A DNA stretch of 64,000 nt from an uncultured virus (IMG/VR IMGVR_UViG_3300048589_000479). Taxonomy: Duplodnaviria; Heunggongvirae; Uroviricota; Caudoviricetes. Numbering within the stretch: position 1 is the stretch's first letter; every line of letters begins with the position of its first letter. Below are positions 29,601-38,240 of this stretch, in pieces. A program made the position numbers and the translations under genes. The notes under the pieces were generated by a model. It ran no database searches and was not told the origin of the DNA. It saw only the letters and a program-made list of their open reading frames with translations. Location of the stretch: the IMG/VR virus record IMGVR_UViG_3300048589_000479. The stretch is one strand, 5' to 3'.

Positions 29601-30192
29601 TGCGGCTGTCGCGAAGCAGGAGTCGGGCTTCCGTCCGAACGTCACGTCGCCCGCTGGCGCCGGTGGCCTCATGCAGCTTATGCCCGCCACGGCGCGTAGC
29701 CTCGGCGTGTCCAACGTGTTCGATCCGTTCCAGAACGCCGACGGCGGCACGAAGTACCTCAAGCAGCTTCTTCAGCGCTTCGGCGGCCGCTACAACCTCG
29801 CGATGGGCGGCTACAACGCCGGCCCGAACGCGCCCGGTCTGGACGAGGGACAGCTTCCCCCGTACTCCGAGACGCGCAACTACGTCCGGCTGGTCACGAG
29901 CTACCTCGAGGACTTCCGTCGCAAGTTCGGCGGCTTCCGCGAAATGGGCGGCGGCGTGCAGGCGGGCAAGGCATACGTCGTGGGCGAGAAGCGCCCGGAG
30001 ATCTTCGTGCCCAACCGCGCCGGCACGATCCTCCCGGACGCCGCCGCTAGTCTGTCCAGCGCCGGATCGACCTACCAGGACAACCGCACCATCAACAACA
30101 CGATCAACACGCAGGCGAGTGACCCGGAGGCTGTCGCCGACGTCTTCGACGCCCGCACGCGGTCCAGCATGACCGGAGTGATCTTCCGATGA
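23629..30192 (+). CDS. Tape measure protein with C-terminal peptidase-like and SLT domains
   Basis: 2187 aa Ala-rich; TP901-type core (FSPTEV..GEEAGT); SRHEDGVAAD..HFDHVH; QESGF..GLMQLMP..YNAG..ETRNYV. Confidence 0.92.
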   Translation: MAGNRDIHGSVVLDVKVDGEQTAKQRLESAFATLEANVNVNADFNKAQVQAALTAASKGLFVKVGVVFDDGDAKRSFRDMERRLDALTLAREKAALDGAKAEKKANESIRVDNAKTGNARKRVNDQIRLSTEKTANSWVAAEKKANESIRLDYTRTANHKVRLDNANRAFHERIETGLTAFELRELEKRETARVTSATRSNDKVRTQQSKGEQDRATARERGLVRLDVLEDQHLKRLEQYEAAAAQRRAVINSQLQARIAAQNNLFEQRQEIARQRVQDRLNAKPLIQRILINSNQINQSLAEFDRTVSRVLRTSLTAFTVWSAGVALAFGAAATAGVVAFARLETSATRAAAIVASDAFNESLLKNGRGITNFAEVSENAQKRITEASSKIALTTLFSPTEVTEGVRSLLQAGQDLETALLNIGPAAEFAQINEIELKEATDGLAAGLDSAGLQAKDSGALLDKFAFVAQNALGEASDYMTAFANKSAAAARAFGFSNDEALTLLALLGKTGTLGEEAGTQANIVFRELSRGAGRAGKAWQDAGIDINGPLNEMILKIGTLAAEVKRTQGRAGVAQLAEELGLTFRSVSSILQILPKAQELGLDGLNQLTEGISKSQGAVARQSEELKKTIGFQFDNLLDSFYVAFAKFGEAASDNVTSLFDKLAGSGGLIDQATPRVIEFGERFGALIGRIANFLDTDSFKNGVATLVESIEVTIRGVSEAFAAFSAAFDNAEKGASTFENVATAILAFARVSATVLPAFARILGTVFDFLIDNADAFETFAKLTLGVYALRKAYSLLILPLLTAADGIRKIRAALIAATGAEAANTVVGGIARVADAYGLLGKQAASAAASIELVQVANSTAFPTLGRGAAGGVAAKGATGNGATTAAVAGNAALLAPELSRVFKGGAGGANAARAATAFETITPAVAKGAGPIGRITALFVKLGDVFAKLVPGFIKGLPLIGRLATGFAKFAGPVGIVIALIDGAIGIFKGFFEEISKTKDESSEVGRTFAELKPIFDAVFASAKVAFAILFDVLAVVGRVGQSIGRLFGGLFNDILINFGDVIRGIKALFNGEFTVFLKAFGDVIINSITAPFRLAIGFVIDLVADLLGNLESVPVIGGKIEGVADGLRGAASATRDLRVNMSAAEVEADKVATSTGEIDLATQRAALSAKDLAYQNQTVARVASLSAQVFERAAARSVVQIDRTKAATVGADGAARNLLGTVGGITPTFQGMADAGVVGLSRIESAASATTAELLAMQAALQAGLGQAANAQNSIIDSAQQFALSEAQAGRGALSVEQVQANIAAQAEQRRRDRLVAAARKSRRDQKIIEDALGTDELGSLDATDTGAAAKPIQREFIDPDDAVQAAIDRLKPARKIAETNALISKVVGDAGKSYQLTRRDTILLAETMPRIDKAIEVQKKKVEELTTALDTLRNVQIKGTQAFSDAAFENEQAIKRLQLQRLDTLAVPGTTEESAAVKAIDDQIKALQTTAERASLVESLELDPLRRKLEETFNPVKEDTFANIIKSFNELSAAQETQTAKLTSQEAIQAKLNERLTGAQERYTKIDEAAQKSVEAFNKAQSAAAETATSLSSVGTSASAGARSVNRYSDAVENVPTGKGVVDKSLKGINDRVTELASQFTGAGARVVTLYTRGINQALVDVLQPALATVVERTLIYLRTPIAPAAKAGEAIMGGFLAGMKEGFGSPEKIGSVAWYLNVFIPKWIRENKGPVAYDATILVPAGQAVMEGFGKGLRGGFAQIQSFVKDVGPSLKEFISADAFSGRTATIMADIALGKSPDVNAAFEDIKAAMVVTAGSFPGDADPSLSFLHPTLSLADTIQQAFGIIKALGGGLNTGGPGQISRPDGSTSNNSRHEDGVAADIGTGTSQPTAASLKLFEQAKKLLGSVFRQVIHNGVGLTAGGGSFPDSQHFDHVHLEWLQGLGFNENSGKIGKPPVVDIPGAPPQIDAALNAASKKYGVELALVAAVAKQESGFRPNVTSPAGAGGLMQLMPATARSLGVSNVFDPFQNADGGTKYLKQLLQRFGGRYNLAMGGYNAGPNAPGLDEGQLPPYSETRNYVRLVTSYLEDFRRKFGGFREMGGGVQAGKAYVVGEKRPEIFVPNRAGTILPDAAASLSSAGSTYQDNRTINNTINTQASDPEAVADVFDARTRSSMTGVIFR

Positions 30193-31610
30193 CGCTCGCT
30201 CCCTCCTACGCCTGCTTCGGCTGCCAGTCGTTCGCCAACAACGCACGGACGCAGGCGTACATCGCCTGGGCCTGCATGAACGGGCGCTTCAAGGGCGACC
30301 CGTCCGGGATCCTGCGGATGTCGCGCTCGTGGTGCACCTGCCCGGACGACCTGGAGGAGTGGACCAACCCGATCGACGACCAGGCGTGCTGGTACGACCC
30401 GCTGATCCCGGAGTCGGCTGACTTCCTGGGCGTCGTGATCGAGGGCATCGGCGGGCTGCGCACGAGCACCTTCAAGCGCGAACTGCTGACCGCGCTCGGT
30501 CGCGGCTCGATCCTCGGGCAGCCGACGGTCGAGGGCAAGCAGATGGTCCTCGAAGTGCTGATCGTGGCGACGTCGATCGCCGGGCAGAACTACGGCATCC
30601 AGTGGCTCCTCCGGCAGTTCGAGGACGACCAGCGCTGTCCGGCCGACGGCGCCTCGTGCGCGTCGTGCCAGGGCCAACTCTTCACGGTGCGCACGCACTG
30701 CCCGGACGACGACGACCTCGACCGTGGTCTTCACTCGTGGGGCGCCGCCGGCACCATCGACGGCTTCGTTCCGGACGACGACCGCTTCCCGCTCGGCCGC
30801 AACAACTGCGAGAAGGTGCTGGCCGGATCGCTGACGATCGCGACCGAGCAGGCCGACAGCTACTCGACCGAGCCGATCTCCACCACGACCGTCGACATCA
30901 GCAGCAGCTTCCAGGCGCTCGGCAACTGCCTGATCGGTGGCGGCGGCCCGACGCTGGACGACGTGTGCTGCCCGATCTGCGCCACCGGCTGCGACCCGTG
31001 CACCACCGATCCGGGCTGCGACTGCATCCCGCCCTTCCTGCTCGAACCGGAGATCTTGACCAACGTCGCCCCGTGCCTCACGGAGCCGGTCTGCCGGTGC
31101 ATCTCGTCGGCCCAGATCATCAACCTGCCGTCCGGCTACGACACGGCCCTGCGGCTGACATTCCACGCCGGATCGAACCCGGAGCCGACTCCGCAGGGCA
31201 TCGCGTTCCAGCGCTTCGGGATGCGCAACGCCGTCTTCCGCGTGTTCGAGCGACCCGCGATCGAGGAGCTCGAGAACGGGATCGTCATGCCGACCACGGT
31301 CGAGCAGTACGACGCGCTCGTGGAGCGCATCACGCCCTGCGTCGAGGTCGGCGTGTCGTGGATCCCCGCCGGCTCCGAGCTCGTCGTTGACGGCCTCTCG
31401 GGTCGCTCCTGGCTCAAGTGCCAGGGTCGCTGCGTGGATCACTCCAACCGGGTCGAGGTCATCAGCGGAGAGATCTTCCCGCTCAAGGCCCGCTGCACGG
31501 ATCTCATCATCACGGTCGAGTGGGACTGCCTCAACTCGCAGGGAGTCGTCGGCCCGTCCACGATCCTGTCGAGCTTCGACGTCGAGGCGTTCCTGGGATT
31601 CAAGCTGTGA
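30189..31610 (+). CDS. Minor tail protein (Dit position), Cys-rich
   Basis: Directly after TMP; 27 Cys in 473 aa. Confidence 0.75.
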   Translation: MTLAPSYACFGCQSFANNARTQAYIAWACMNGRFKGDPSGILRMSRSWCTCPDDLEEWTNPIDDQACWYDPLIPESADFLGVVIEGIGGLRTSTFKRELLTALGRGSILGQPTVEGKQMVLEVLIVATSIAGQNYGIQWLLRQFEDDQRCPADGASCASCQGQLFTVRTHCPDDDDLDRGLHSWGAAGTIDGFVPDDDRFPLGRNNCEKVLAGSLTIATEQADSYSTEPISTTTVDISSSFQALGNCLIGGGGPTLDDVCCPICATGCDPCTTDPGCDCIPPFLLEPEILTNVAPCLTEPVCRCISSAQIINLPSGYDTALRLTFHAGSNPEPTPQGIAFQRFGMRNAVFRVFERPAIEELENGIVMPTTVEQYDALVERITPCVEVGVSWIPAGSELVVDGLSGRSWLKCQGRCVDHSNRVEVISGEIFPLKARCTDLIITVEWDCLNSQGVVGPSTILSSFDVEAFLGFKL

Positions 31611-32695
31611 CAACTCCCACCTGCATGATGCGAGGCTACGGGATCGCGCTCGTGAAGAACGGCGTGAAGCTCGGCACGGCCGGCGCGCAGATCCAGCGCA
31701 TCGAGTATGACCGCGTGGTGGACGGGATCTCGAAGGCGAAGATCGACCTCGTGACCGCTGGCGACAACTGCTGCGGTCAACTCGCTGCAGTGGATCACTG
31801 GAACACCGACCTGCTCATCACGACGTACAACTCGCAAACCGGCCTGGACGAAGTGCTGTGGCGCGGCCCGGTGCGCAAGCCGACGTTCCGGCGCGGCTCG
31901 GTCACGATCGAGGCGACTGACGTCCTGTCGTGGCTCCAGGTGCGAATGCTCGAACAAGCCTTCGACTTCGTGAACGAGGACGTGTCCGACATCTTCATCG
32001 ACCTCGCGACCTACGCGCTGTCGAAGGATCCGAACCATCAGCCGGTGTACGAGTTCGTGCGCTACCTCTCCGGCACCACCGAGTCGCGCAAGGTCGAGAC
32101 GGCCGCGCTGCGCATGACGTGGAACGTCGTCACCGAGATGCTCAACGCCGGCCTGGACGTCACCACGTTCGGGTCGCGGATCGTCGTCGGCGTCCCCGCG
32201 TTCACGGCCATCGAGCTCAAGGATACGGACGTGCAGGGCACGAACCCGGCCGAGATCGCGAAGGACGGCGACGAATACATCAACCGGGTGCTCGCCAGCG
32301 CCAGCCGCGACGTCGTGGGCATCTGGCCGCCCGGCCCCGCCACCGGATCCGACGGGTTCCCTCTCGTCGAGGGCTCGCTGTCGGACTCTCAGCTTCCCGA
32401 CGTCGATTCGGCCACCGCTGCTGCGAAGGCTCGCTACGAGTTCGCCGCCGGTGGCGTTCGCCGAGTCCGGGCCTCCGGCGGGCTGATCCTGCTGCCGACG
32501 TCGGGCATCGACCACCGCAAGCTGATCGCCGGCCAGATCTTCAACTACCAGGCCACCGAGACGTGCTACGCGGCGAAGGAGTCGCTGCGCCTGGGTCGGC
32601 TCGCCAACGTCGTCGAGAAGGGCGGCGAGCGCGTCACGATCGACCTGCAGCCGGTCGGTTCCTTGCAGGGCGACGCTACGCTGTCCAGCGTATAA
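31607..32695 (+). CDS. Minor tail protein (Tal/hub-like)
   Basis: GTGA overlap; VLWRGPV..VTIEATDVLSWL motif. Confidence 0.7.
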   Translation: MTTPTCMMRGYGIALVKNGVKLGTAGAQIQRIEYDRVVDGISKAKIDLVTAGDNCCGQLAAVDHWNTDLLITTYNSQTGLDEVLWRGPVRKPTFRRGSVTIEATDVLSWLQVRMLEQAFDFVNEDVSDIFIDLATYALSKDPNHQPVYEFVRYLSGTTESRKVETAALRMTWNVVTEMLNAGLDVTTFGSRIVVGVPAFTAIELKDTDVQGTNPAEIAKDGDEYINRVLASASRDVVGIWPPGPATGSDGFPLVEGSLSDSQLPDVDSATAAAKARYEFAAGGVRRVRASGGLILLPTSGIDHRKLIAGQIFNYQATETCYAAKESLRLGRLANVVEKGGERVTIDLQPVGSLQGDATLSSV

Positions 32696-32703
32696 CGGGG
32701 CCG
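32688..32703 (+). promoter_or_regulatory. Class III promoter motif
   Basis: Exact consensus; its TAA is the stop codon of the upstream gene. Confidence 0.75.
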
Positions 32704-32710
32704 GAGGACC

Positions 32711-32902
32711 ATGCCGAAGCGAGCGCAACCGATCGACAACCCGACAGCCGGCTTCCAGCACATCCTGGAGCGGCTCGACGTGATCGACGCATCGCTGCGC
32801 GACCGCCTGCTGCCTCCCGGATACGTCGTTCGGCTCGGGCCGGGCAACGACCTCACGATTTCCAGTCCTTCCGGCACAACCTCGACCCTGGTATTCACAT
32901 GA
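32711..32902 (+). CDS. Small tail-region protein
   Basis: GGAGG RBS; 63 aa. Confidence 0.6.
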   Translation: MPKRAQPIDNPTAGFQHILERLDVIDASLRDRLLPPGYVVRLGPGNDLTISSPSGTTSTLVFT

Positions 32903-33156
32903 CCGACGTCCTCATCCTCAAGCGCATTCCCGGCCACCGTCGCGGCGACATCACGCCGAAGACGGCGCGCATGGAGCAGCACATCAAGGCGGGCAACGCG
33001 AAGATCCTGCCGAACGCTCACGAGGCGTGGAACGGCGATCAGAGCCCGGAGCCCACGAAGCTCCAGGCGTCGCACGTCATCGGCAACGAGCCGCTCGACC
33101 ACGAGCACGTCCCGGATCCCACCGACGAGCTCGGCAGCGACGAGGAGCTCGACTGA
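32899..33156 (+). CDS. Hypothetical protein
   Basis: MTDVLILKRIPG..; ATGA overlap. Confidence 0.55.
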   Translation: MTDVLILKRIPGHRRGDITPKTARMEQHIKAGNAKILPNAHEAWNGDQSPEPTKLQASHVIGNEPLDHEHVPDPTDELGSDEELD

Positions 33157-33527
33157 TGTGCGGTAGCTGCGGTGGAGGAGGGGGCGCGCGCACGATCGCG
33201 CAGCGCAACAACCAGGCGGCGTTTCGCGCTGCCGGTTCCCCCGTTGGCTTCGACCGCGACCACCCGCTGCTGATCGGCGAGACGAGCGACGGTGAGATCT
33301 GGCGCGTGCGCGTCATGGTCCCTGTCGAGGGGCTCACGATCGGCGCCGCCGCGTTCGTGACCGGCAAGGGCGTCAAGGCGCACATCGACTCGGGTGCCCT
33401 GCACGACATCACCACGACCAGCCAGAAGAAGCGCCTCTGGCGCGTCGGCGCTTCAACGTACACGTCCGAGCAGGACGCGCGTCGGGTCGCCGCCGCCACG
33501 GGGCAAACCGCAATCGAGGTCGCATAA
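33156..33527 (+). CDS. Small protein with N-terminal CxxC
   Basis: MCGSCGGGGG..; TGATG overlap. Confidence 0.65.
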   Translation: MCGSCGGGGGARTIAQRNNQAAFRAAGSPVGFDRDHPLLIGETSDGEIWRVRVMVPVEGLTIGAAAFVTGKGVKAHIDSGALHDITTTSQKKRLWRVGASTYTSEQDARRVAAATGQTAIEVA

Positions 33528-34327
33528 TGCCTGCCCGCTGTCACAACGACACCTGCACCGTCCACTGGTCGGAGGTCAACACTCCGAGCCCGGCGTACCA
33601 GGCTGACGTCCAACTCAACCCGGCGTCGCTGGCGTGCGTGGACGGGTCGGGCATCGGCGTGCTCCTGTCGCCGAACGCCGGCAACATGCTGTCGAACCCC
33701 GGCAACGGCATCTTCGCGAGCCTGCCCGCGTCGCTCGTCACGGACCTGTCCGGCAACCCGGACAACAAGGGCGTCTCGCCCAGCGCTGACCAGTCCTCGC
33801 CGCAGAGCTCCGACACCTACTCGTGGACGAACACGACCGGCCGCGACGTCACGCTGCTCGTGTCGGGCGAGTTCAACTTCGACTACGGCATCCTCGGCCC
33901 GGAGCACGCATACTCCTACTCCGCAGGGAACGGTCAGCGAGCCGGGCGTTTCGCGTCGGCCGCCTTCGACCCCCTCGGAGTAGGCGACCCTGCCAACCCG
34001 ATCTCGCCCTTCAACGCGCAGATCGCCATGCGGCTGCTCGCGAACATCGGAGCGCCGCCCACGACCGCGCAGAAGGCGTGCCGCGTCGACATTGGCGGCG
34101 CGATCTTCGTGTCGGTCACGACGTCAGCCGAGCGCAAGGTGACGCGCGTGCCGTTCTTCTGGATGGTGCGCGTCAACGCCGGCCAGACGCTCAACATGAA
34201 GTCGGATATGTTCTACCAGGGGCCGTCGCAGACCGTCAACGTGGTCGCGACGCCCGGAGCCGGCACAGGTCTGGCCGGCACCGGGCACGAGCTCTGGAAC
34301 CTCCAGGTCGCGGCAATCCCGATCTGA
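33527..34327 (+). CDS. Minor tail protein
   Basis: 266 aa; TAATG overlap; beta-rich. Confidence 0.65.
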   Translation: MPARCHNDTCTVHWSEVNTPSPAYQADVQLNPASLACVDGSGIGVLLSPNAGNMLSNPGNGIFASLPASLVTDLSGNPDNKGVSPSADQSSPQSSDTYSWTNTTGRDVTLLVSGEFNFDYGILGPEHAYSYSAGNGQRAGRFASAAFDPLGVGDPANPISPFNAQIAMRLLANIGAPPTTAQKACRVDIGGAIFVSVTTSAERKVTRVPFFWMVRVNAGQTLNMKSDMFYQGPSQTVNVVATPGAGTGLAGTGHELWNLQVAAIPI

Positions 34328-35619
34328 TGCCGTGCGGCTGCACATCTGCCTGCGGGTGCAACCTGGTTCCTGGCGAGAACGTCACGATCGACCGGCTGGG
34401 TGACACCTTCACGATCTCGGCCACGGGAGCGATCGTCGGCGTCGAGAGCACCGACTGCATCGATCTCGTCATCGACGTGGACAAGGTGCTCTCCGCGAGC
34501 CCAATCCTGTCGCCGGACCCGACGTCCGTGGACCTCGAGTGCACGCCCAGCGGCCTTGCCGCATCGGTTGTGGTCGATCCGAGCTCCACTGCGATCGTCA
34601 CCGAAGGCCCGGACGGGCTGCGCGTGGACATTCCACCGGCGCCCGGCGGCGGCGGCGAGATCCGTCCTGGAGATCTGATCTTCGTCGCCAGCGTCGGCTT
34701 CCGTCCGGAGGCGATCGACGCCGACGGCCAGGAAGTGCTCCGCGCCTCGTACCCGGCCTGCCACGACGCGCTGTCGCTGATCCACCCGGCCGGCGAGCGC
34801 ATCGCGGGCGATCCCACGATCACCGGCATCAACAACACGCGCTTCGTCGAGGTTGGTATGCCGCTGGAAGCCACCGGCTTCCCCTTCGGCACGACGGTCG
34901 CCGGGAAGACCGGCACGACGATCACCGCCTCCCTGCCCGCTGACGACTCCGGCGTGGACACCGAGGTTCGGGTGTACCCGTGGGGCAACGGCGACGGCAT
35001 CGACACCTTCAACACGCCCGATATGAACCGCCGCTACCCGCGCGGCTACGACTACATCGGCGGCGACGAGCTCGGCACGCTGGACGAGGGCGGCACGACG
35101 ATCGGCCTCGGCAACCTGCCCGAGCACGACCACCCGGCCACCGGCGCGACGTCGGTCACGATCGCAGGCGCGGCCACGGGGATCTCTGCCACCGGCAGCG
35201 ACTCCGGCCACGTCCACGGCATCGACGCCTCCGGCAACCATCAGCACGACGGGGCCGGCGCCAACCACGATTTCATCGTCGAGAACTCCACTGTCGATTA
35301 CGTCTATCTCGACGTCGTGGCGGTCAACGTGGATACGGCCAACACGTTCCGCATGACGACCAACGGCGTCGAGGGCGGCCTGTCGCGCAAGCCGAACCGG
35401 GAGGGCAACACCTACCCGGCCGGCAACCACGACCACGGCGGCGCGACCGACTCCGGCACCGCGAACATCACCGTCGGGATCACCGACCCAGGCCACGGTC
35501 ACGCCGGCTCCACGGCCGCCACGACCGTTGACGTCGAGCTCGGCGGCGGCGTGCCCGCGCCGGACCCGATCACCGTCGAGCCCCGCAACGCAACTGCTCG
35601 CTGGATGGTGGTGGTCTAA
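34327..35619 (+). CDS. Tail fiber protein with tail-collar domain
   Basis: PGDLI..ADGQEVLRASYP..WGNGDGIDTFNTPD; NLPEHDH and HxH repeats. Confidence 0.75.
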   Translation: MPCGCTSACGCNLVPGENVTIDRLGDTFTISATGAIVGVESTDCIDLVIDVDKVLSASPILSPDPTSVDLECTPSGLAASVVVDPSSTAIVTEGPDGLRVDIPPAPGGGGEIRPGDLIFVASVGFRPEAIDADGQEVLRASYPACHDALSLIHPAGERIAGDPTITGINNTRFVEVGMPLEATGFPFGTTVAGKTGTTITASLPADDSGVDTEVRVYPWGNGDGIDTFNTPDMNRRYPRGYDYIGGDELGTLDEGGTTIGLGNLPEHDHPATGATSVTIAGAATGISATGSDSGHVHGIDASGNHQHDGAGANHDFIVENSTVDYVYLDVVAVNVDTANTFRMTTNGVEGGLSRKPNREGNTYPAGNHDHGGATDSGTANITVGITDPGHGHAGSTAATTVDVELGGGVPAPDPITVEPRNATARWMVVV

Positions 35620-35846
35620 TGCCCTGCGGATGTCAGTCGGCGTGCGGTTGCAACATCGTGCAGGGCGCAGGGATCAGCGTCAACCGCACGGGTGACACCT
35701 TCACGATCACGAACACTGCGCCGGCAACCGCTGGCGTGCCCACGTTCGTCCAGCAGACCCCGCCTGTCGTCGTCGGCCCCTACGTCTGGTACGAGACGGA
35801 CGGCGCTGGCGCATTCGTCGCGCTGTGGATCGAGGACGGAACATGA
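35619..35846 (+). CDS. Small tail protein, N-terminus paralogous to 34327 gene
   Basis: MPCGCQSACGCNIV..GDTFTI. Confidence 0.7.
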   Translation: MPCGCQSACGCNIVQGAGISVNRTGDTFTITNTAPATAGVPTFVQQTPPVVVGPYVWYETDGAGAFVALWIEDGT

Positions 35847-36136
35847 CCCAGGAGAACGCCATGCAGCCCGACCACGAGACTCCCAACATGCCGAAGGTCA
35901 TCCCGAGCGTGTGGATCTCGCTCGTCATCGCCGTGCTCGGCACCGCCACCGCGTTCGGCGTGCCGATCTCCGACGCGCAGTCGGCGGCCCTGATCGGGCT
36001 CGTCGGCGCGCTGTCGGCCGTGATCCCCGCGCTCGACGTCTGGCTGCGACGCGGCCGGCTCAAGTACCTGGCTGACACGCAGAAGCAGCCGACTACCGTC
36101 ATCAACAACCACGTCCCGCAGGAGCCCAGCGAATGA
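35843..36136 (+). CDS. Holin
   Basis: Two TM helices (AFGVPISDAQSAALI), basic C-terminus, next to endolysin. Confidence 0.75.
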   Translation: MTQENAMQPDHETPNMPKVIPSVWISLVIAVLGTATAFGVPISDAQSAALIGLVGALSAVIPALDVWLRRGRLKYLADTQKQPTTVINNHVPQEPSE

Positions 36137-36762
36137 CGCCGACCGCAGCCACGCCAGCGAAGCTCAAGCCCGGACAGAAGCGACGCTACATCGCGCGCGT
36201 TCGCGATCTCGAGGGCGACCACCCGAAGCACGGCGACGACTGGTTCCGCGTCACGACTCGCTCCAACCCGGAGGGCGAGTTCGCGACTCGGGCCTGGGCG
36301 CAGGACGCGCTCGATCGAGCGAAGGCGAACTACCGCCACGGCAAGCTCGCCGGCCACGTCGATGACGTCGTGGTGACGGCCGAGCCGACGTTGGCGACCA
36401 TCAAGATCGACGACTGGCTCCTGGGCGACGTCAAGCCGATCGCGAGCGTGCCGGCGAAGTACCGGGCGCAGTACCGCGACACGCTCCAGCGGGCGGCTCT
36501 CGCGGCCTACCGCTACGGCCAGCCGATCTGGGTCAACGAGAGCTTCCGCACGGAGGCAGAGCAGCAGCGCTTCTACGAGATCTACCTGGCAGGCGGCCCG
36601 CTCGCGGCGCGCCCCGGCAAGTCTCCGCACGAGCACGGCCTGGCGCTCGACATCCCCAACGTGCGCCACAACAAGCCGCTCCTGCGGGAGCTCAAGAAGC
36701 TGCAACTGATCGACGACGTGGCAAGCGAGATCTGGCACGTCACGAATCACCATCGCGTGTGA
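36133..36762 (+). CDS. Endolysin, M15-family Zn peptidase
   Basis: SFRT..EQ..AARPGKSPHEHGLALDI..EIWH. Confidence 0.85.
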   Translation: MTPTAATPAKLKPGQKRRYIARVRDLEGDHPKHGDDWFRVTTRSNPEGEFATRAWAQDALDRAKANYRHGKLAGHVDDVVVTAEPTLATIKIDDWLLGDVKPIASVPAKYRAQYRDTLQRAALAAYRYGQPIWVNESFRTEAEQQRFYEIYLAGGPLAARPGKSPHEHGLALDIPNVRHNKPLLRELKKLQLIDDVASEIWHVTNHHRV

Positions 36763-36854
36763 CGCCGTAGCCTGACCTGGGGGGGGTCTGTGAGTGGGAC
36801 GCAAAGCAGCCGGGCGCATTGCCCGGCAACGTCAGCGTATCCTGGAGCCGCGAA

Positions 36855-38240
36855 GTGACGGCCCCGGTGCGCGAGCAGTCGATCCCGTTCTGGTGGCGCG
36901 ACCCGGTGGAGCACTGCCGGTTGCGCGCGAAGTACGGGTCGAGCCAGAAGGCCGCGACTCGAGTCGAGCCGTCGATCTCGCCGCGCAACGCGCAGCAGTG
37001 GTGGCGCAAGCTCCGGGATGCCGGCTCTGTCGATGCCTCGGGCCGTCCGACAGGTGCCCCTGCAGCGCCGGACACGAGCAAGCAGGGTCGGCCCACCCGT
37101 AGCTCTCCGGACGGCGTGAGCCCCGGCGAGCAGGTCAAGGCGTGGAAGGACGGGTCGCGCCTCGAGATCTACACCGCCGTCAGCGAGACGGGCACGGGCG
37201 AGCTCACCGGCGAAGAAGTCCTCCGACGCAAGGGCTACGATCCGGCCGAGTGGGACTTCAACTTCGAGGCGACCGATTGGGACGCGGTGCTCGGCCGTGA
37301 CCCGGTGACGGGCGAGCCGGTCGTCACGACCTTGCACCGCACGAAGGTCGTCGCCGTGCGCCGGCCGGAGTCGTTCTTCGCGTTCGAGCTCCCGATCGGA
37401 TGGAAGCCAGAGCCGGCGAAGCCCAGCGAGCGCGACTGGTCGAAGCCGCTGCTGATCCCCATTCTCGCCGACCCGCACGCGCCGAACTACCAGGTCGAGC
37501 TCATCGAAGCGTTCCTGGCGTGGTGCGAGGCATACCGACCCGAAGCCGTATGGTGCCTCGGCGACGCGGCCAACAACTCCCCCTTCGGGCGCCACGGGCA
37601 CAACCGCCGCGCCGACCTCAACGTGAGCACGTCGGACGCCGTGGGCTCCACCACGGAGCTCCTGATCCGCATTGCAGCAGCGACGCCTGGAGCGAAGCGC
37701 ACGCTGCTCTTCGGCAACCACGACTACTGGCTCGAACGCATGGTGCTGGCGCTCTTCCCGCGCCTGGCAGAGATGCGGCTGCACGGGGAGGAGAAGCCCC
37801 ACCTGGCGATCTCGACGGTGTTGAAGCTCGATCAGATCGGATGGGACTACCACTACACCGAGGGCGACTACCACGACGTCGACGTGGAGATCGTGCCGGG
37901 CCTCGTGGGTATGCACGGGACGCGCACCGGCAAGCACGGCGGCGCCCTCAAGGAGCTCGAACGCTGGGAGGGAGTCTCGATCATCCAGGGCCACGATCAC
38001 ACGCTGGGCATGACCGCTGTGCGCTACCGGCTGCCGAACCGCCGGTATCAGCAGCGGTACGGGATCTCGGCGGGCTCGGCGGCGAACGCAGACCTCGGCT
38101 ACGACCCAGGCCACAACGTCGGGCAGGGCTTCCCGGTGCTGGCGCTGTGGCCCGACGGCCGCTGGCACGTTGACTTCGCCCTCTACGATCCCGCCACCGG
38201 CTCGACCACCTGGCGCGACTTCCGGTACGACGCACGATGA
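36855..38240 (+). CDS. Calcineurin-like metallophosphoesterase
   Basis: ADPH, LGD, GNHD, MHG, GHDH motifs; start uncertain (36819 or 36855). Confidence 0.8.
   Translation: MTAPVREQSIPFWWRDPVEHCRLRAKYGSSQKAATRVEPSISPRNAQQWWRKLRDAGSVDASGRPTGAPAAPDTSKQGRPTRSSPDGVSPGEQVKAWKDGSRLEIYTAVSETGTGELTGEEVLRRKGYDPAEWDFNFEATDWDAVLGRDPVTGEPVVTTLHRTKVVAVRRPESFFAFELPIGWKPEPAKPSERDWSKPLLIPILADPHAPNYQVELIEAFLAWCEAYRPEAVWCLGDAANNSPFGRHGHNRRADLNVSTSDAVGSTTELLIRIAAATPGAKRTLLFGNHDYWLERMVLALFPRLAEMRLHGEEKPHLAISTVLKLDQIGWDYHYTEGDYHDVDVEIVPGLVGMHGTRTGKHGGALKELERWEGVSIIQGHDHTLGMTAVRYRLPNRRYQQRYGISAGSAANADLGYDPGHNVGQGFPVLALWPDGRWHVDFALYDPATGSTTWRDFRYDAR

Noticed and set aside
33527..35846. Diversity-generating retroelement or invertible fibre cassette
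   Set aside because: No reverse transcriptase or invertase; the paralogous N-termini are diverged, not adenine-specific variants.
17651..37640. TCGGACGCC words at about 17651, 26522 and 37632 as class II promoters
   Set aside because: Mismatch to the box, inside + strand CDSs, and no downstream - strand gene.
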